Assembly (NCBI RefSeq): GCF_001194135.2
Contig: NC_069002.1
Span: 16,451,883-16,515,882, forward strand
Reading direction: 5' to 3'
Length of the DNA stretch: 64,000 bases
Origin: Octopus bimaculoides
Lineage: Eukaryota
A program made the translations under genes and the position numbers. The notes under the pieces are model-generated. The model ran no database searches. It saw only the letters and a list, made by a program, of their open reading frames with translations, and had not been told where the DNA came from. Positions within the stretch are counted from its first letter, which is position 1. Every line of letters starts with the position of its first letter. Below, piece by piece: positions 53,642 to 62,949 of the stretch.

Positions 53642-55270
53642 TATATAAATATACATGTATATATATTTTAAATACGTCATCTAATAACATAATGTAATAC
53701 ATATGTACTCTAAGTGCTCAAGTTGGTTTACCATTAAAACTTCAGCTTGAACACCAGCTGAAACAAAGGCGTTTTTGAAGCTGCCTATCAAATGTGGCTA
53801 TAAGTGTTTCATCATTGAGATAGTAGATATATATTAGAAAGAGAGATGAACAAGTAAAACATGTGGTGTCACTTTAGAGTATGTAATCTATAATTCAAAC
53901 ATAATTACCTAATCACGGATTAAGGTAATAAGGTGCAATAGAATCTTGACAACCCACCAATATTTTTACAAAACATTGTGCATTGGGATCCATTTCTTCA
54001 AATAAAACAAGACATTTATCTAAATGAGAAAAAGCCTTTTGCATTTTCTTCAAGAGTCATGTGGTTTAGTGGTTAGGGTGTTGGACTCATGATCATAAGA
54101 TTGTGGTTTCGATTCCTGGATCAGGCAGTGCGTTGTGTTCTTATATATATATATTCCATAACATCTATCATTTCTTTAGTCCTTAGATCCATTATATCTC
54201 TGCATCAACATCTGTACACCATCACGACTTCTAGTAAGTCAGGGAAACTCTGCATGGTTGCTTAACCTTCTAGAAAATAACAACCAGATTTCTTCCAACC
54301 ACACTCTTACTGTTTTAGAAGGGGGTCAAACAAAGTTGACTTTGTGATTAATAAGATCAATAACTAATATGTAACCATCATCATTATCATTTAATGTCTG
54401 TTTTCTTTGCTGGCATGGGTTGGATGGTTTATCAGGAGCTGGCTAGATTGAAGACTGCACCAAGCTTCACTGTCTGTTTTGGCATGGTTTTTACGGTTGG
54501 GTGCCCTTCCTAACGCCAACCACCTTACAGAGTGGACAGTGTTTTTTACATGGAACATTGCTATTGTTTTAATGTTCTAATGTTCTGTTTCTCTATTCCA
54601 CAGCTGCTGTGGCTGAAAGATTTTTAAAAACAGTGGACAGTGCATGTGTTTTCCATAATATTAGCACACGTTTTTCTGATGGATACAGGTTTGGATTAGG
54701 TAAGTAACTATATCTCCTCTCTGTTTTGCACAGATTCAGTTATATTAGTTTATTGTTACACTAGTCTACTGTTATTCTAACCACTTATATTTGTCAATAT
54801 GGAGTAACTAACACACCAATAATATCATCAACAACATTCCAAAATTTTGCTATTGATAACTGACTCAGCAAAATTACATCAGCTTCACTTTTGTAATTAA
54901 TTAGTTAATTAAGATCTAATCTGGAATTGAAAGAAAATGGTGATAATCTGTGTTATTCATAAATATTCCACAGGAGGAGAGCTTTTTTTTTTTTGAAGAA
55001 TTTGTTAATTTCATTTTGTGTAATTAATTAGTTGCTTACTTTCAGTTAAATCAGAAATTAAAACAATTATATTATAAATGATGAACCCTTGTTATTTTTT
55101 CAGGGGCTGAGGTTGGAATCAGTACAAGTCGTATCCATGCAAGGGGCCCTGTTGGAGTTGAAGGGTTACTGACCACAAAATGGGTCCTAAGGGGAGAAGG
55201 TCAAACAGTCTCTGACTTTTCCACTGGGAAACTATCTTATACCCATGAAAGCATTCCAGTCAAGGAATAG
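20411..55270 (+). CDS. ALDH18A1: Delta-1-pyrroline-5-carboxylate synthase (P5CS), whole gene span, 14 coding exons, 786 aa
   Basis: Exon lengths 309+144+105+153+219+163+144+218+138+196+122+187+96+167 = 2361 nt join in frame with GT-AG introns. Motifs: [32 protein letters not shown] and GLGGMESK (G5K); [47 protein letters not shown] and [11 protein letters not shown] (GPR). Confidence 0.97.
23205..23425. mobile_element. piggyBac-type MITE
   Basis: TTAA|CCCTTTAG ... CTAAAGGG|TTAA, 221 bp. Confidence 0.8.
23481..23624 (+). CDS. ALDH18A1: P5CS coding exon 2 ([22 protein letters not shown]...YESK)
   Basis: ttttgcAG|GTT ... AAG|GTAAGT, 144 nt, phase 0/0. Confidence 0.95.
24944..25048 (+). CDS. 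ALDH18A1: P5CS coding exon 3 ([35 protein letters not shown])
   Basis: tttcAG|AGC ... CAG|GTAAGT, 105 nt. Confidence 0.95.
26982..27134 (+). CDS. ALDH18A1: P5CS coding exon 4 (VLVTKPDFS...[18 protein letters not shown])
   Basis: tttgtAG|GTG ... GGG|GTAAGT, 153 nt. Confidence 0.95.
27950..29120 (-). mobile_element. 5'-truncated RTE-type LINE spanning a gap
   Basis: Cys-rich finger [27 protein letters not shown]...VCGR on the right. Family 3'UTR and (GAT)n tail on the left. Confidence 0.8.
34385..34749 (-). mobile_element. SINE family C copy
   Basis: Head reverse-complements to GCGCATGGCTCAGTGGTTAGAGCGTCGAGCTTACG...GTTCGAATC, with clear A/B boxes. Confidence 0.8.
35599..36005 (-). mobile_element. 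Retrozyme-like element: 360-bp monomer with about 47-nt terminal redundancy and a type I hammerhead
   Basis: 35599-35645 repeats at 35959-36005 (25-nt identical core GCCACTTTAACATGGCTGTCTGTTC). Internal hammerhead; inserted in a TA microsatellite. Confidence 0.75.
35759..35809 (-). ncRNA. Type I hammerhead ribozyme
   Basis: Minus strand: CCAGUA-CUGAAGA-GUGGCAGAAAUAGCCC-GAAA-CCAGGACUC-GUC|UACUGG. Stem I is 6/6 bp, the core is intact, and cleavage is predicted after GUC (35765/35764). Confidence 0.8.
36522..36740 (+). CDS. ALDH18A1: P5CS coding exon 5 ([18 protein letters not shown]...GLGGMESK)
   Basis: ttttctAG|GTT ... AAG|GTATGA, 219 nt. Confidence 0.95.
37020..37537 (-). mobile_element. 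RTE-LINE 3' end with an internal tandem duplication of about 115 bp
   Basis: Same tail as 27950-28126. Related tails at about 1915, 18470, 26565, 32135, 40780, 46855, 51105, 54375, 56280 and 56800. Confidence 0.8.
37569..37731 (+). CDS. ALDH18A1: P5CS coding exon 6 ([19 protein letters not shown]...QAMQ), end of G5K and linker
   Basis: taccAG|GTG ... CAAG|GTAAGA, 163 nt, phase 0/1. Confidence 0.95.
39050..39319 (-). mobile_element. Penelope-like element reverse transcriptase fragment
   Basis: [18 protein letters not shown]...PYIDDC...[12 protein letters not shown]...NFLD, matching PLE RT motifs 4-7. Confidence 0.8.
40325..40468 (+). CDS. ALDH18A1: P5CS coding exon 7 (AREGSRLLQ...[26 protein letters not shown]), start of GPR
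   Basis: tttccAG|CA CGT ... ACT G|GTTGGT, 144 nt, phase 1/1. Not in the ORF track; found by homology reading. Confidence 0.92.
41691..41908 (+). CDS. ALDH18A1: P5CS coding exon 8 ([12 protein letters not shown]...[19 protein letters not shown])
   Basis: cattAG|GA TTG ... CAG|GTAAAC, 218 nt. Confidence 0.95.
42745..42985 (-). mobile_element. Mariner transposase C-terminal remnant
   Basis: Reverse strand reads [26 protein letters not shown]. Confidence 0.7.
44198..44335 (+). CDS. ALDH18A1: P5CS coding exon 9 ([20 protein letters not shown]...TVSL)
   Basis: ttttAG|GTT ... CTT|GTAAGT, 138 nt. Confidence 0.95.
44881..45855 (+). repeat. 34-bp minisatellite (ATCAGGTGGTGACTGATCTAATCCTTCTTAATGT)n abutting the exon 10 acceptor
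   Basis: About 26 sequenced units plus an internal N gap (45188-45266). Edge units are diverged. Confidence 0.95.
45868..46063 (+). CDS. ALDH18A1: P5CS coding exon 10 ([10 protein letters not shown]...PRGS...[12 protein letters not shown]...VIDI)
   Basis: ctcttcAG|GTG ... ATT G|GTGAGA, 196 nt. Confidence 0.95.
47165..47472 (-). mobile_element. SINE family A copy in the exon 10-11 intron
   Basis: Reverse complement of 13185-13500 and 9178-9335. Confidence 0.85.
47813..47934 (+). CDS. ALDH18A1: P5CS coding exon 11 ([21 protein letters not shown]...KLEN), contains the catalytic Cys
   Basis: tttctttccAG|TG ... AAT|GTAAGT, 122 nt. Confidence 0.95.
47997..48589 (+). repeat. 24-bp minisatellite (CTGGAATGTGTAAGTGTTGACGGT)n with 22-bp variants, filling the exon 11-12 intron
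   Basis: About 25 units, about 23 carrying GTAAGT (counted by eye). Confidence 0.95.
48636..48822 (+). CDS. ALDH18A1: P5CS coding exon 12 (VKVHAGPRL...[17 protein letters not shown])
   Basis: ttacAG|GTA ... AAT G|GTAAGA, 187 nt. Confidence 0.95.
51870..52070 (+). mobile_element. Solo Penelope-like pLTR with inverted arm
   Basis: 56-bp inverted repeat 51911-51966 / 52015-52070 (2 mismatches). (A)ATTGATGACC duplicated at 51859 and 52070. Confidence 0.7.
51976..52021 (+). ncRNA. Penelope-type minimal hammerhead ribozyme
   Basis: GACAU-CUGAUGA-A-GGCUG(GAGGGUAUAU)CAGCC-GAAAC-GUU|AUGUU. Stem II is 5 bp, stem III is the palindrome AACGUU, stem I is 5 bp including one G-U. Confidence 0.8.
52720..53075 (+). 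mobile_element. CR1-like LINE 3' remnant
   Basis: [15 protein letters not shown]...RHC..P...RTLYC...[13 protein letters not shown]; degenerate. Confidence 0.6.
54604..54699 (+). CDS. ALDH18A1: P5CS coding exon 13 ([32 protein letters not shown])
   Basis: ttccacAG|CT ... TTA G|GTAAGT, 96 nt. Confidence 0.95.
55104..55270 (+). CDS. ALDH18A1: P5CS coding exon 14 ([27 protein letters not shown]...IPVKE*)
   Basis: ttttcAG|GG ... stop TAG at 55268-55270. Confidence 0.95.
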
Positions 55271-55585
55271 TTAACATTGGACTCTAGTGAGTCACATGCG
55301 TCTGGTGGAGTTTCCTGGGAACAAGTTTACATGAAAGACAAACACCAACAACATCAAACATAGAAGTGATGATAACAATAACAGCTTTAAGAACAACAAA
55401 CAACAATGACAACAACAAGCCTCATAATAATGAAAAGTTTGAGAACAGCAACGCTTATGAACAACTATAAATACAAGAACAACAACAGAAGCTGTCACAG
55501 TGTTAACAACAGCCATAGCCAAGAACAACTAAACCAACAACCACAAACCAAATTTTTATAAAAAAAACCTCACGAAAACAGTTTT

Positions 55586-55759
55586 AATAAAGACAGCTGT
55601 AACGCTAAGAAGAAGAACAACAACAGTTACAACAATAATTAATTGAATATTGTTATGGTAACACCTTTAGTTTTAATCTACATTAATGTCTGCAGCTAAA
55701 ATAAAATATGATTTTTTTTTTCCTCCTGATTAAATGAGAAGTGCGTAATTCCAAATAAA
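55586..55759 (+). promoter_or_regulatory. Candidate polyadenylation signals of P5CS
   Basis: AATAAA at 55586, 55700 and 55754, after a CAA-rich 3'UTR. Which one is used is unknown. Confidence 0.4.
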
Positions 55760-57147
55760 GGTGGAATGGATAATTCCAGATAAATGAGGAATGGAAAATT
55801 CCGGAGTTACAATATTGACTGGTTCTATACATCAAGTACAGCTTTAAGCAAACTCTCTAGTCATACATGACGATATATTTTACAACTTCCATCCAACAGC
55901 TGTTTTCTGTGTCGACTTTGAAAAAGCAAAAATTTACTTTGAAATTCTTTAAAAACAACAAAATTATGTAATTAAAAACAATTATTTTTTGGAGTTAAGC
56001 CATTCATGTTATTTTTTCCTGCCATCATCAAATCATTAGCTTTTCTTATCTTGCACTTTTTGTTGCTTTCTTTATCTTTCTTTTTTTTAAATTCTATTTG
56101 GCTACGTAATCAATAGATTCTTACTTGATTATTTCATTTAACTTTATATTTAATGAAGATATTGGAAAGTTCAAGTTAAATGTATTTAACTTTGTATATT
56201 AATGTATGGATATATATGTGTATATGTGTGTGTGTGTGTATATACACATTTATATATATACATATATATATATATGAGCGTGGCCGTTGCCAGTACCGCC
56301 TGATTGGCCCTTGTGCCGGTGGCACATAAAAGCACCCACTACACTCTCGGAGTGGTTGGCGTTAGGAAGGGCATCCAGCTGTAGAAACTCTGCCAGATCA
56401 GACTGGAGCCTGGTGCAGCCTTCTGGTTTGCCAATCCTCAGTCAAATCGTCCAACCCATACTAGCATGGAAAGCGAACGTTAAATGATGATGATAATACA
56501 GAATTATGTTGATACATCAGTGTCTCAGTATCTATATTTATCTATCTATCTTTCTATATGTAGATATATCACCTGCATAAAGAAGTGCTGAGCTCTAATT
56601 CTGGAGGGAACCCATGTAAGGGGTCAACCCAGTAAGGATCTTCAGACACTGGGTTTCACTGAGGCAGTAACAAGGGACTGGGAGTTGTGGTGATTTGCTA
56701 TACTTGAGAAGACTTGTCAAACCAAGTAGAATTGTTGTCATCCATACGAACAAGCTTAGTCCGTACAGGTGCTGGTGCCACATAAAGTGCACTTGTGCTG
56801 GTGCTGCGTAGATGCAGTCATGTCGGTGGCATGTAAAAGGTACCCAGCACACTCTGTGAAGTGGTTGGTGTTAGGACGGGCATTCAGCCATAGAAACTAC
56901 GCCACAACAGACAACCGGCGTCTGAATAACTCCTTGGTTGGCCAGTTCCATGTCAAACCATCAAACCTACGCCAGCATGGAAAACAGACGTTAGATGTTT
57001 ATATATATATATATGCATGCATACATACATACATACATACATACATACATTCATACATACATATATACATACATACATGCATATACATACATACATACAC
57101 ATACATACATTCATACATACATATATATATATATATATAAGCAATAA

Positions 57148-57474
57148 TAAATCTCTGAGCGAGATATAATCAGTAGCAGCAAGACATCATGAAGTATATT
57201 TGCCACCTAAATGTGGCTGACCCTTAAGGGTCAATGGTATTGTAGTGTGTAGCCCCAGGAGAACATCTCCTCCAGCTGGCTATTGACACGCTGTCTGTGC
57301 CCTCACGCTGATGACAGGTTATTACCCAGAAACTTGGGTCCGTGTGTATCACAACAGACTGGAGATGGGAATGATGATTTCCCTTTGCAAATACTGATAG
57401 GGCACAGACAATGTGTCAATAGCCAGCTGGGGGAGATGTCTTCCTGGGGCTATAAACAATAGTAGCATTGTCCC
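57148..57474 (+). mobile_element. Second copy of the 9797 family, with hammerhead at 57304-57344
   Basis: Shares the AAATCTCTGA leader and arms. CACG-CUGAUGA-...-GAAAC-UUGG-GUC|CGUG; stem II degenerate. Confidence 0.75.
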
Positions 57475-57596
57475 GTATGTATGTATGTATGTATGAATGT
57501 ATGTATGTATGTATGAATATATGCATGCATATATATATATATAAACATCTAACGTCTGTTTTCCATGCTGGTGTAGGTTATTATATTATATTATAT

Positions 57597-57630
<34 letters not shown>

Positions 57631-58725
57631 NNNNNNNNNNNNNNNNNNNNNNNNNNNNNNNNNNNNNNNNNNNNNNNNNNNNNNNNNNNNNNNNNNNNNN
57701 NNNNNNNNNNNNNNNNNNNNNNNNNNNNNNNNNNNNNNNNNNNNNNNNNNNNNNNNNNNNNNNNNNNNNNNNNNNNNNNNNNNNNNNNNNNNNNNNNNNN
57801 NNNNNNNNNNNNNNNNNNNNNNNNNNNNNNNNNNNNNNNNNNNNNNNNNNNNNNNNNNNNNNNNNNNNNNNNNNNNNNNNNNNNNNNNNNNNNNNNNNNN
57901 NNNNNNNNNNNNNNNNNNNNNNNNNNNNNNNNNNNNNNNNNNNNNNNNNNNNNNNNNNNNNNNNNNNNNNNNNNNNNNNNNNNNNNNNNNNNNNNNNNNN
58001 NNNNNNNNNNNNNNNNNNNNNNNNNNNNNNNNNNNNNNNNNNNNNNNNNNNNNNNNNNNNNNNNNNNNNNNNNNNNNNNNNNNNNNNNNNNNNNNNNNNN
58101 NNNNNNNNNNNNNNNNNNNNNNNNNNNNNNNNNNNNNNNNNNNNNNNNNNNNNNNNNNNNNNNNNNNNNNNNNNNNNNNNNNNNNNNNNNNNNNNNNNNN
58201 NNNNNNNNNNNNNNNNNNNNNNNNNNNNNNNNNNNNNNNNNNNNNNNNNNNNNNNNNNNNNNNNNNNNNNNNNNNNNNNNNNNNNNNNNNNNNNNNNNNN
58301 NNNNNNNNNNNNNNNNNNNNNNNNNNNNNNNNNNNNNNNNNNNNNNNNNNNNNNNNNNNNNNNNNNNNNNNNNNNNNNNNNNNNNNNNNNNNNNNNNNNN
58401 NNNNNNNNNNNNNNNNNNNNNNNNNNNNNNNNNNNNNNNNNNNNNNNNTAGCGTTAAGAGGGCTCCAAGACGGTGATAGAATTTTACTCTATCACGTGAC
58501 CTTATTAGGGGCTGTGATTGGTCAGTTTGCGTTCTGGCGGGAAAGGTTCGAAGAAGTTGCCGATTCGAATAATGATCAGTCACGTGATGACAAGGAATGG
58601 GTTCTCTACTACGCTCGCATTTATTTATATTTAAATGAGAAGATTGTATGTAATGGCGATAGTAGTTTGTATCTAATGGCGGGAGGTAGTTTCACTACAT
58701 ATATATATATATATATATATGTAAG

Positions 58726-59160
58726 AGCACTCCGTCGGTTACGACGACGTGGGTCCCAGCTGATACGTTCAACGGAACAGCTTGCTCAAGAAATTAATGT
58801 GCAAGTGGCTGAGCACTCCATAGACAAGTGTACGCTTAACGTAGTTCTCAGGGAGACTCAGCGTGACACATAACGTGACAAGGCAGGCCCTTTGAAATAC
58901 AGGTACTACTCATTTTTGCCAGCTGAGTGGACTGGAGCAACGTGAAATAACGTGTCTTGCTCAAGGACACAACACGTCGCCCGGAATCGAACTCACGACC
59001 TTACAATCGTGGCAGGATTACTCATGTTCGCCAGCTGAGTGGACTGGAGCAAAGTTTGAATGAAGTGTTTTGCTCAAGAACGCAACGCGTCGCCCAGTCC
59101 TAGAATGGAAACCACAATCTTATGATCATGAGTCCAATACCCCTAAGCACTAAGCCACGC
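58726..59160 (-). mobile_element. SINE family C (two heads in tandem)
   Basis: tRNA-like head GTGGCTTAGTG.TTAGGGGTATTGGACTCATGATC...GGTTTC and core CTCCAGTCCACTCAGCTGGC. Related copies at about 4745, 7741, 8283, 27505, 34385, 43985 and 54055. Confidence 0.8.
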
Positions 59161-60429
59161 GCGTTCATATGCCTTGTGGGTGAACGGAAACTCTTTAGAA
59201 GCTCGTCGTGTGTGTGTGTGTGTGTGTGTGTCCACTCTACCGTTTGAAAACCAATGGTTTGTTTACGTCCTCGTAAACTTACGGTTCAGCAAAAGAGACT
59301 GATTAAATATGAACCAGACATTAGAAAAGAAACACTGGAAACGATTTATTCGACTAAACCCTCGAAGGAGGGGGTCACAGCACGGTCGGACACACACATA
59401 CACACACGCAAGCACGTAAACATACACGTACGTAAAATGAAAATGTCGGAGTTACCCCCCTTTGACCGTAACCATACTTTATTAACGTGTGATTATATAT
59501 ATATTTTTTTGTTGAATGCAACTGAAACTTTCATTCAAGTTCNNNNNNNNNNNNNNNNNNNNNNNNNNNNNNNNNNNNNNNNNNNNNNNNNNNNNNNNNN
59601 NNNNNNNNNNNNNNNNNNNNNNNNNNNNNNNNNNNNNNNNNNNNNNNNNNNNNNNNNNNNNNNNNNNNNNNNNNNNNNNNNNNNNNNNNNNNNNNNNNNN
59701 NNNNNNNNNNNNNNNNNNNNNNNNNNNNNNNNNNNNNNNNNNNNNNNNNNNNNNNNNNNNNNNNNNNNNNNNNNNNNNNNNNNNNNNNNNNNNNNNNNNN
59801 NNNNNNNNNNNNNNNNNNNNNNNNNNNNNNNNNNNNNNNNNNNNNNNNNNNNNNNNNNNNNNNNNNNNNNNNNNNNNNNNNNNNNNNNNNNNNNNNNNNN
59901 NNNNNNNNNNNNNNNNNNNNNNNNNNNNNNNNNNNNNNNNNNNNNNNNNNNNNNNNNNNNNNNNNNNNNNNNNNNNNNNNNNNNNNNNNNNNNNNNNNNN
60001 NNNNNNNNNNNNNNNNNNNNNNNNNNNNNNNNNNNNNNNNNNNNNNNNNNNNNNNNNNNNNNNNNNNNNNNNNNNNNNNNNNNNNNNNNNNNNNNNNNNN
60101 NNNNNNNNNNNNNNNNNNNNNNNNNNNNNNNNNNNNNNNNNNNNNNNNNNNNNNNNNNNNNNNNNNNNNNNNNNNNNNNNNNNNNNNNNNNNNNNNNNNN
60201 NNNNNNNNNNNNNNNNNNNNNNNNNNNNNNNNNNNNNNNNNNNNNNNNNNNNNNNNNNNNNNNNNNNNNNNNNNNNNNNNNNNNNNNNNNNNNNNNNNNN
60301 NNNNNNNNNNNNTATATATATATATATATATAACTGTGTGTGAGTACGCGTGTGTGTGTGTGTGCGTGCGTGTGCGCACGCGCACGCATGTTGCTCACGT
60401 CAGCAATAAAGTTGATATGGTTTCTGAGA

Positions 60430-60700
60430 CGAGTTCCTGGATCCTCAGACCCGAGTCTCAGGTTGTTGTACTTTGGCTATTCGTCATGCCCCCTTTATTC
60501 TCCTTTCTCCGGTCATACCTAGAATATTGCGTCCTTCCCACCTGTGGTCTCCAAACAAAACATTATAAGATTCGAAACACTCAACAGAGCCATTAGGAAA
60601 ATAATAACTGGCATGACTGATCTTTATTGAGACCGCATTAAAACAGAAACTCCGTTGTCTCTGCGGCAGCTACACCGGTCGTACAGTGTCGAGAATATAC
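60430..60700 (+). mobile_element. Degenerate LINE RT C-terminal remnant
   Basis: FLRSYLEYC..(frameshift)WSP and ETLNRAIRKIITG, resembling the RPxLEY...WSP...QNRALR motif. Confidence 0.45.
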
Positions 60701-60884
60701 TAATAACATTGCACCAAACGACCTTAATATCGAGTTTACAGTTCATCCAAGGCCGAAACCCTGTACAAAACACCTGGACAAATCAGGCTCGAACTCATAG
60801 CCATATTGCAACGCAATTACATTGCCTCAATTTAATATCATTCTGAAACGAGGGCATGCATGCATGCATGCATACAAGGGAGGA

Positions 60885-61430
60885 GTATTGGCAGAATGTC
60901 CCAGTGAAGATCTCAATAAAATGTAAAGATAAGCCTGACAGAGTGATTTGGGACAGAGAAGAAACTATGTACAGTCGTAGAAATGAGCTTCCCAGCAGAT
61001 GTGAACATAGCGCTAAAGATCAGTGAAAAAGAAAATACCTACGCTGAACTATTGAGAAATCTACAGTTACTCTATCTAGATTACAAGTTCAGGTTTATAC
61101 CTGCAATTATTGGGAAACTGGGATATGTAACACACTGCCCAAGTACCAATATTGACAAATTAGTCTTCTCAAAACCAGAAAGAAGAAAGACTATAGATCC
61201 AAGCCATCACTGGAACTGCAAATATTTATGAAACTTTTCAGAAGTTTCTCATTTAAATATATATGAGCACGTCAAGACATGCATCTATATACGTGAGAGT
61301 ACATACATAAAACAAAACATGCAAATCTGCACATGCACTGACTCCAAATGCTGCACACATACATACATGCAAAAATACCCTGTTCATGTTGTTGAAATTT
61401 CAATGAAGGAGTCTGGGATCTTGATTGGAA
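60885..61430 (+). mobile_element. RLE-endonuclease non-LTR retrotransposon 3' end (NeSL/HERO/R4-like)
   Basis: KPDRVIWDRE...E.SFPADVN...KENTYAELLRNL...FIPAIIGKLG, followed by the 3'UTR. An inverted copy of the 3' end lies at 185-300. Confidence 0.75.
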
Positions 61431-61524
61431 ACCGACTTTTTCTCTATTGGAAAAAAATCTTGAAATAAAACTGCATAATGACATACATACATACATACAT
61501 ACATACATACAAAAAGCAATGCAT

Positions 61525-61815
61525 GGGTACATATCCCGTAAAGTAGAGGGCAACAACAGCATTGACAAGAAGAGTAGTCTCTCCTGGACCTGCATTAGAT
61601 ACATTACACCCCCATCTACATGGGTAAGCCTTCGCTATCCAGGAACAGGAGATAGGTACTAACTACCTGATAAACAAGAAGGACAAAGATATTACCAAAC
61701 CTCCACGTTGTGATAAAAAATGTTGGTTCTGCTATAACCAGTTTGGAAGATATCATCCACATCATCAGCAGTTGATCAAAAAGTCTCGTTGATTTGTTAG
61801 CAACCGGCTTGAACT
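61525..61815 (+). mobile_element. Zinc-knuckle-region fragment of an RLE-type LINE
   Basis: AIQEQEIGTNYL...CDKKCWFC...EDIIHIISS. Confidence 0.65.
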
Positions 61816-61858
61816 CTCTCAAGAATAACTTAAATTAGACTCAAGGAAATATCATACA

Positions 61859-61890
<32 letters not shown>

Positions 61891-62373
61891 CTTATATAAG
61901 TGAAGTGTGAGAATAGATGTTTATTCTATTTGTTGACAGCTGTTCCGTAATCTGTGTTAGTTACATAAGCGACGCTATATCCTCTGTCATACACACACAC
62001 ACACACACACACTCACACACACACACACACTCACACACACACACACATTAGAAAATCAGGGAATGGATTACATAAAAATCCAGGCTACATACGTTTCAGA
62101 GCTAGCGGAACCTTGGAAGAAGTAAATTATTCAAACCAGGGATAGACTGCAAGCTATTCTTCAGGCCAAGGATCATATGAAGTTTACATTGTCGTTAGGA
62201 GATCCAATGCAAACTCGTTGGGNNNNNNNNNNNNNNNNNNNNNNNNNNNNNNNNNNNNNNNNNNNNNNNNNNNNNNNNNNNNNNNNNNNNNNNNNNNNNN
62301 NNNNNNNNNNNNNNNNNNNNNNNNNNNNNNNNNNNNNNNNNNNNNNNNNNNNNNNNNNNNNNNNNNNNNNTAT

Positions 62374-62569
62374 AATCAAAATAAGCAACAAGGATACCCA
62401 GAGGTAATGCAGTACGATCGTTTCATGCAACTCCATTTAATTGAACAATCCAACCATTACATCAATTTAAATGCTCTGCAGTTAAATTGATGCATTGTTC
62501 AATTAAATGGAGTTGCTTGAAACGATCGTACTGTATTACCTCTGGATATCCTTGTTGCTTATTTTGATT
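62374..62569. repeat. Near-perfect palindrome / foldback element
   Basis: 76-bp arms with 3 mismatches, plus an inner 11-bp inverted repeat. Confidence 0.85.
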
Positions 62570-62949
62570 TTCATCACCTTATTTTGAAATTGTATGGATA
62601 ATGCCGTACTATATATATATACACAGACACACATACACTCATAAATATAATTGTACTATAACATAACGAATAAACTACACTGTATAACATTTCATTGCAA
62701 CTTACAATAGTGGACGCTGCTATAATAGCTAATAGTTTCATTAAGTAAGTCACAAACAGTAGATGTGTATTCGGCACACACACGTACAAGTGTGGCTATG
62801 TGGCAAGACGTTTTCTTTGCAACCACACGGTTCCATTGTATGGCACCTCAGTCAGGTGTCTTCTACTAAAACCCTGAGCCAACTAAAACCTTGCGAGTGG
62901 ATTTGGTAGACGGAAACTGAAAGAAACCTGATACACACACACACAAATA

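Noticed and set aside
55292-55528. Antisense hydrophobic ORF over the P5CS 3'UTR
   Set aside because: Product of the degenerate (CAA)n tract.
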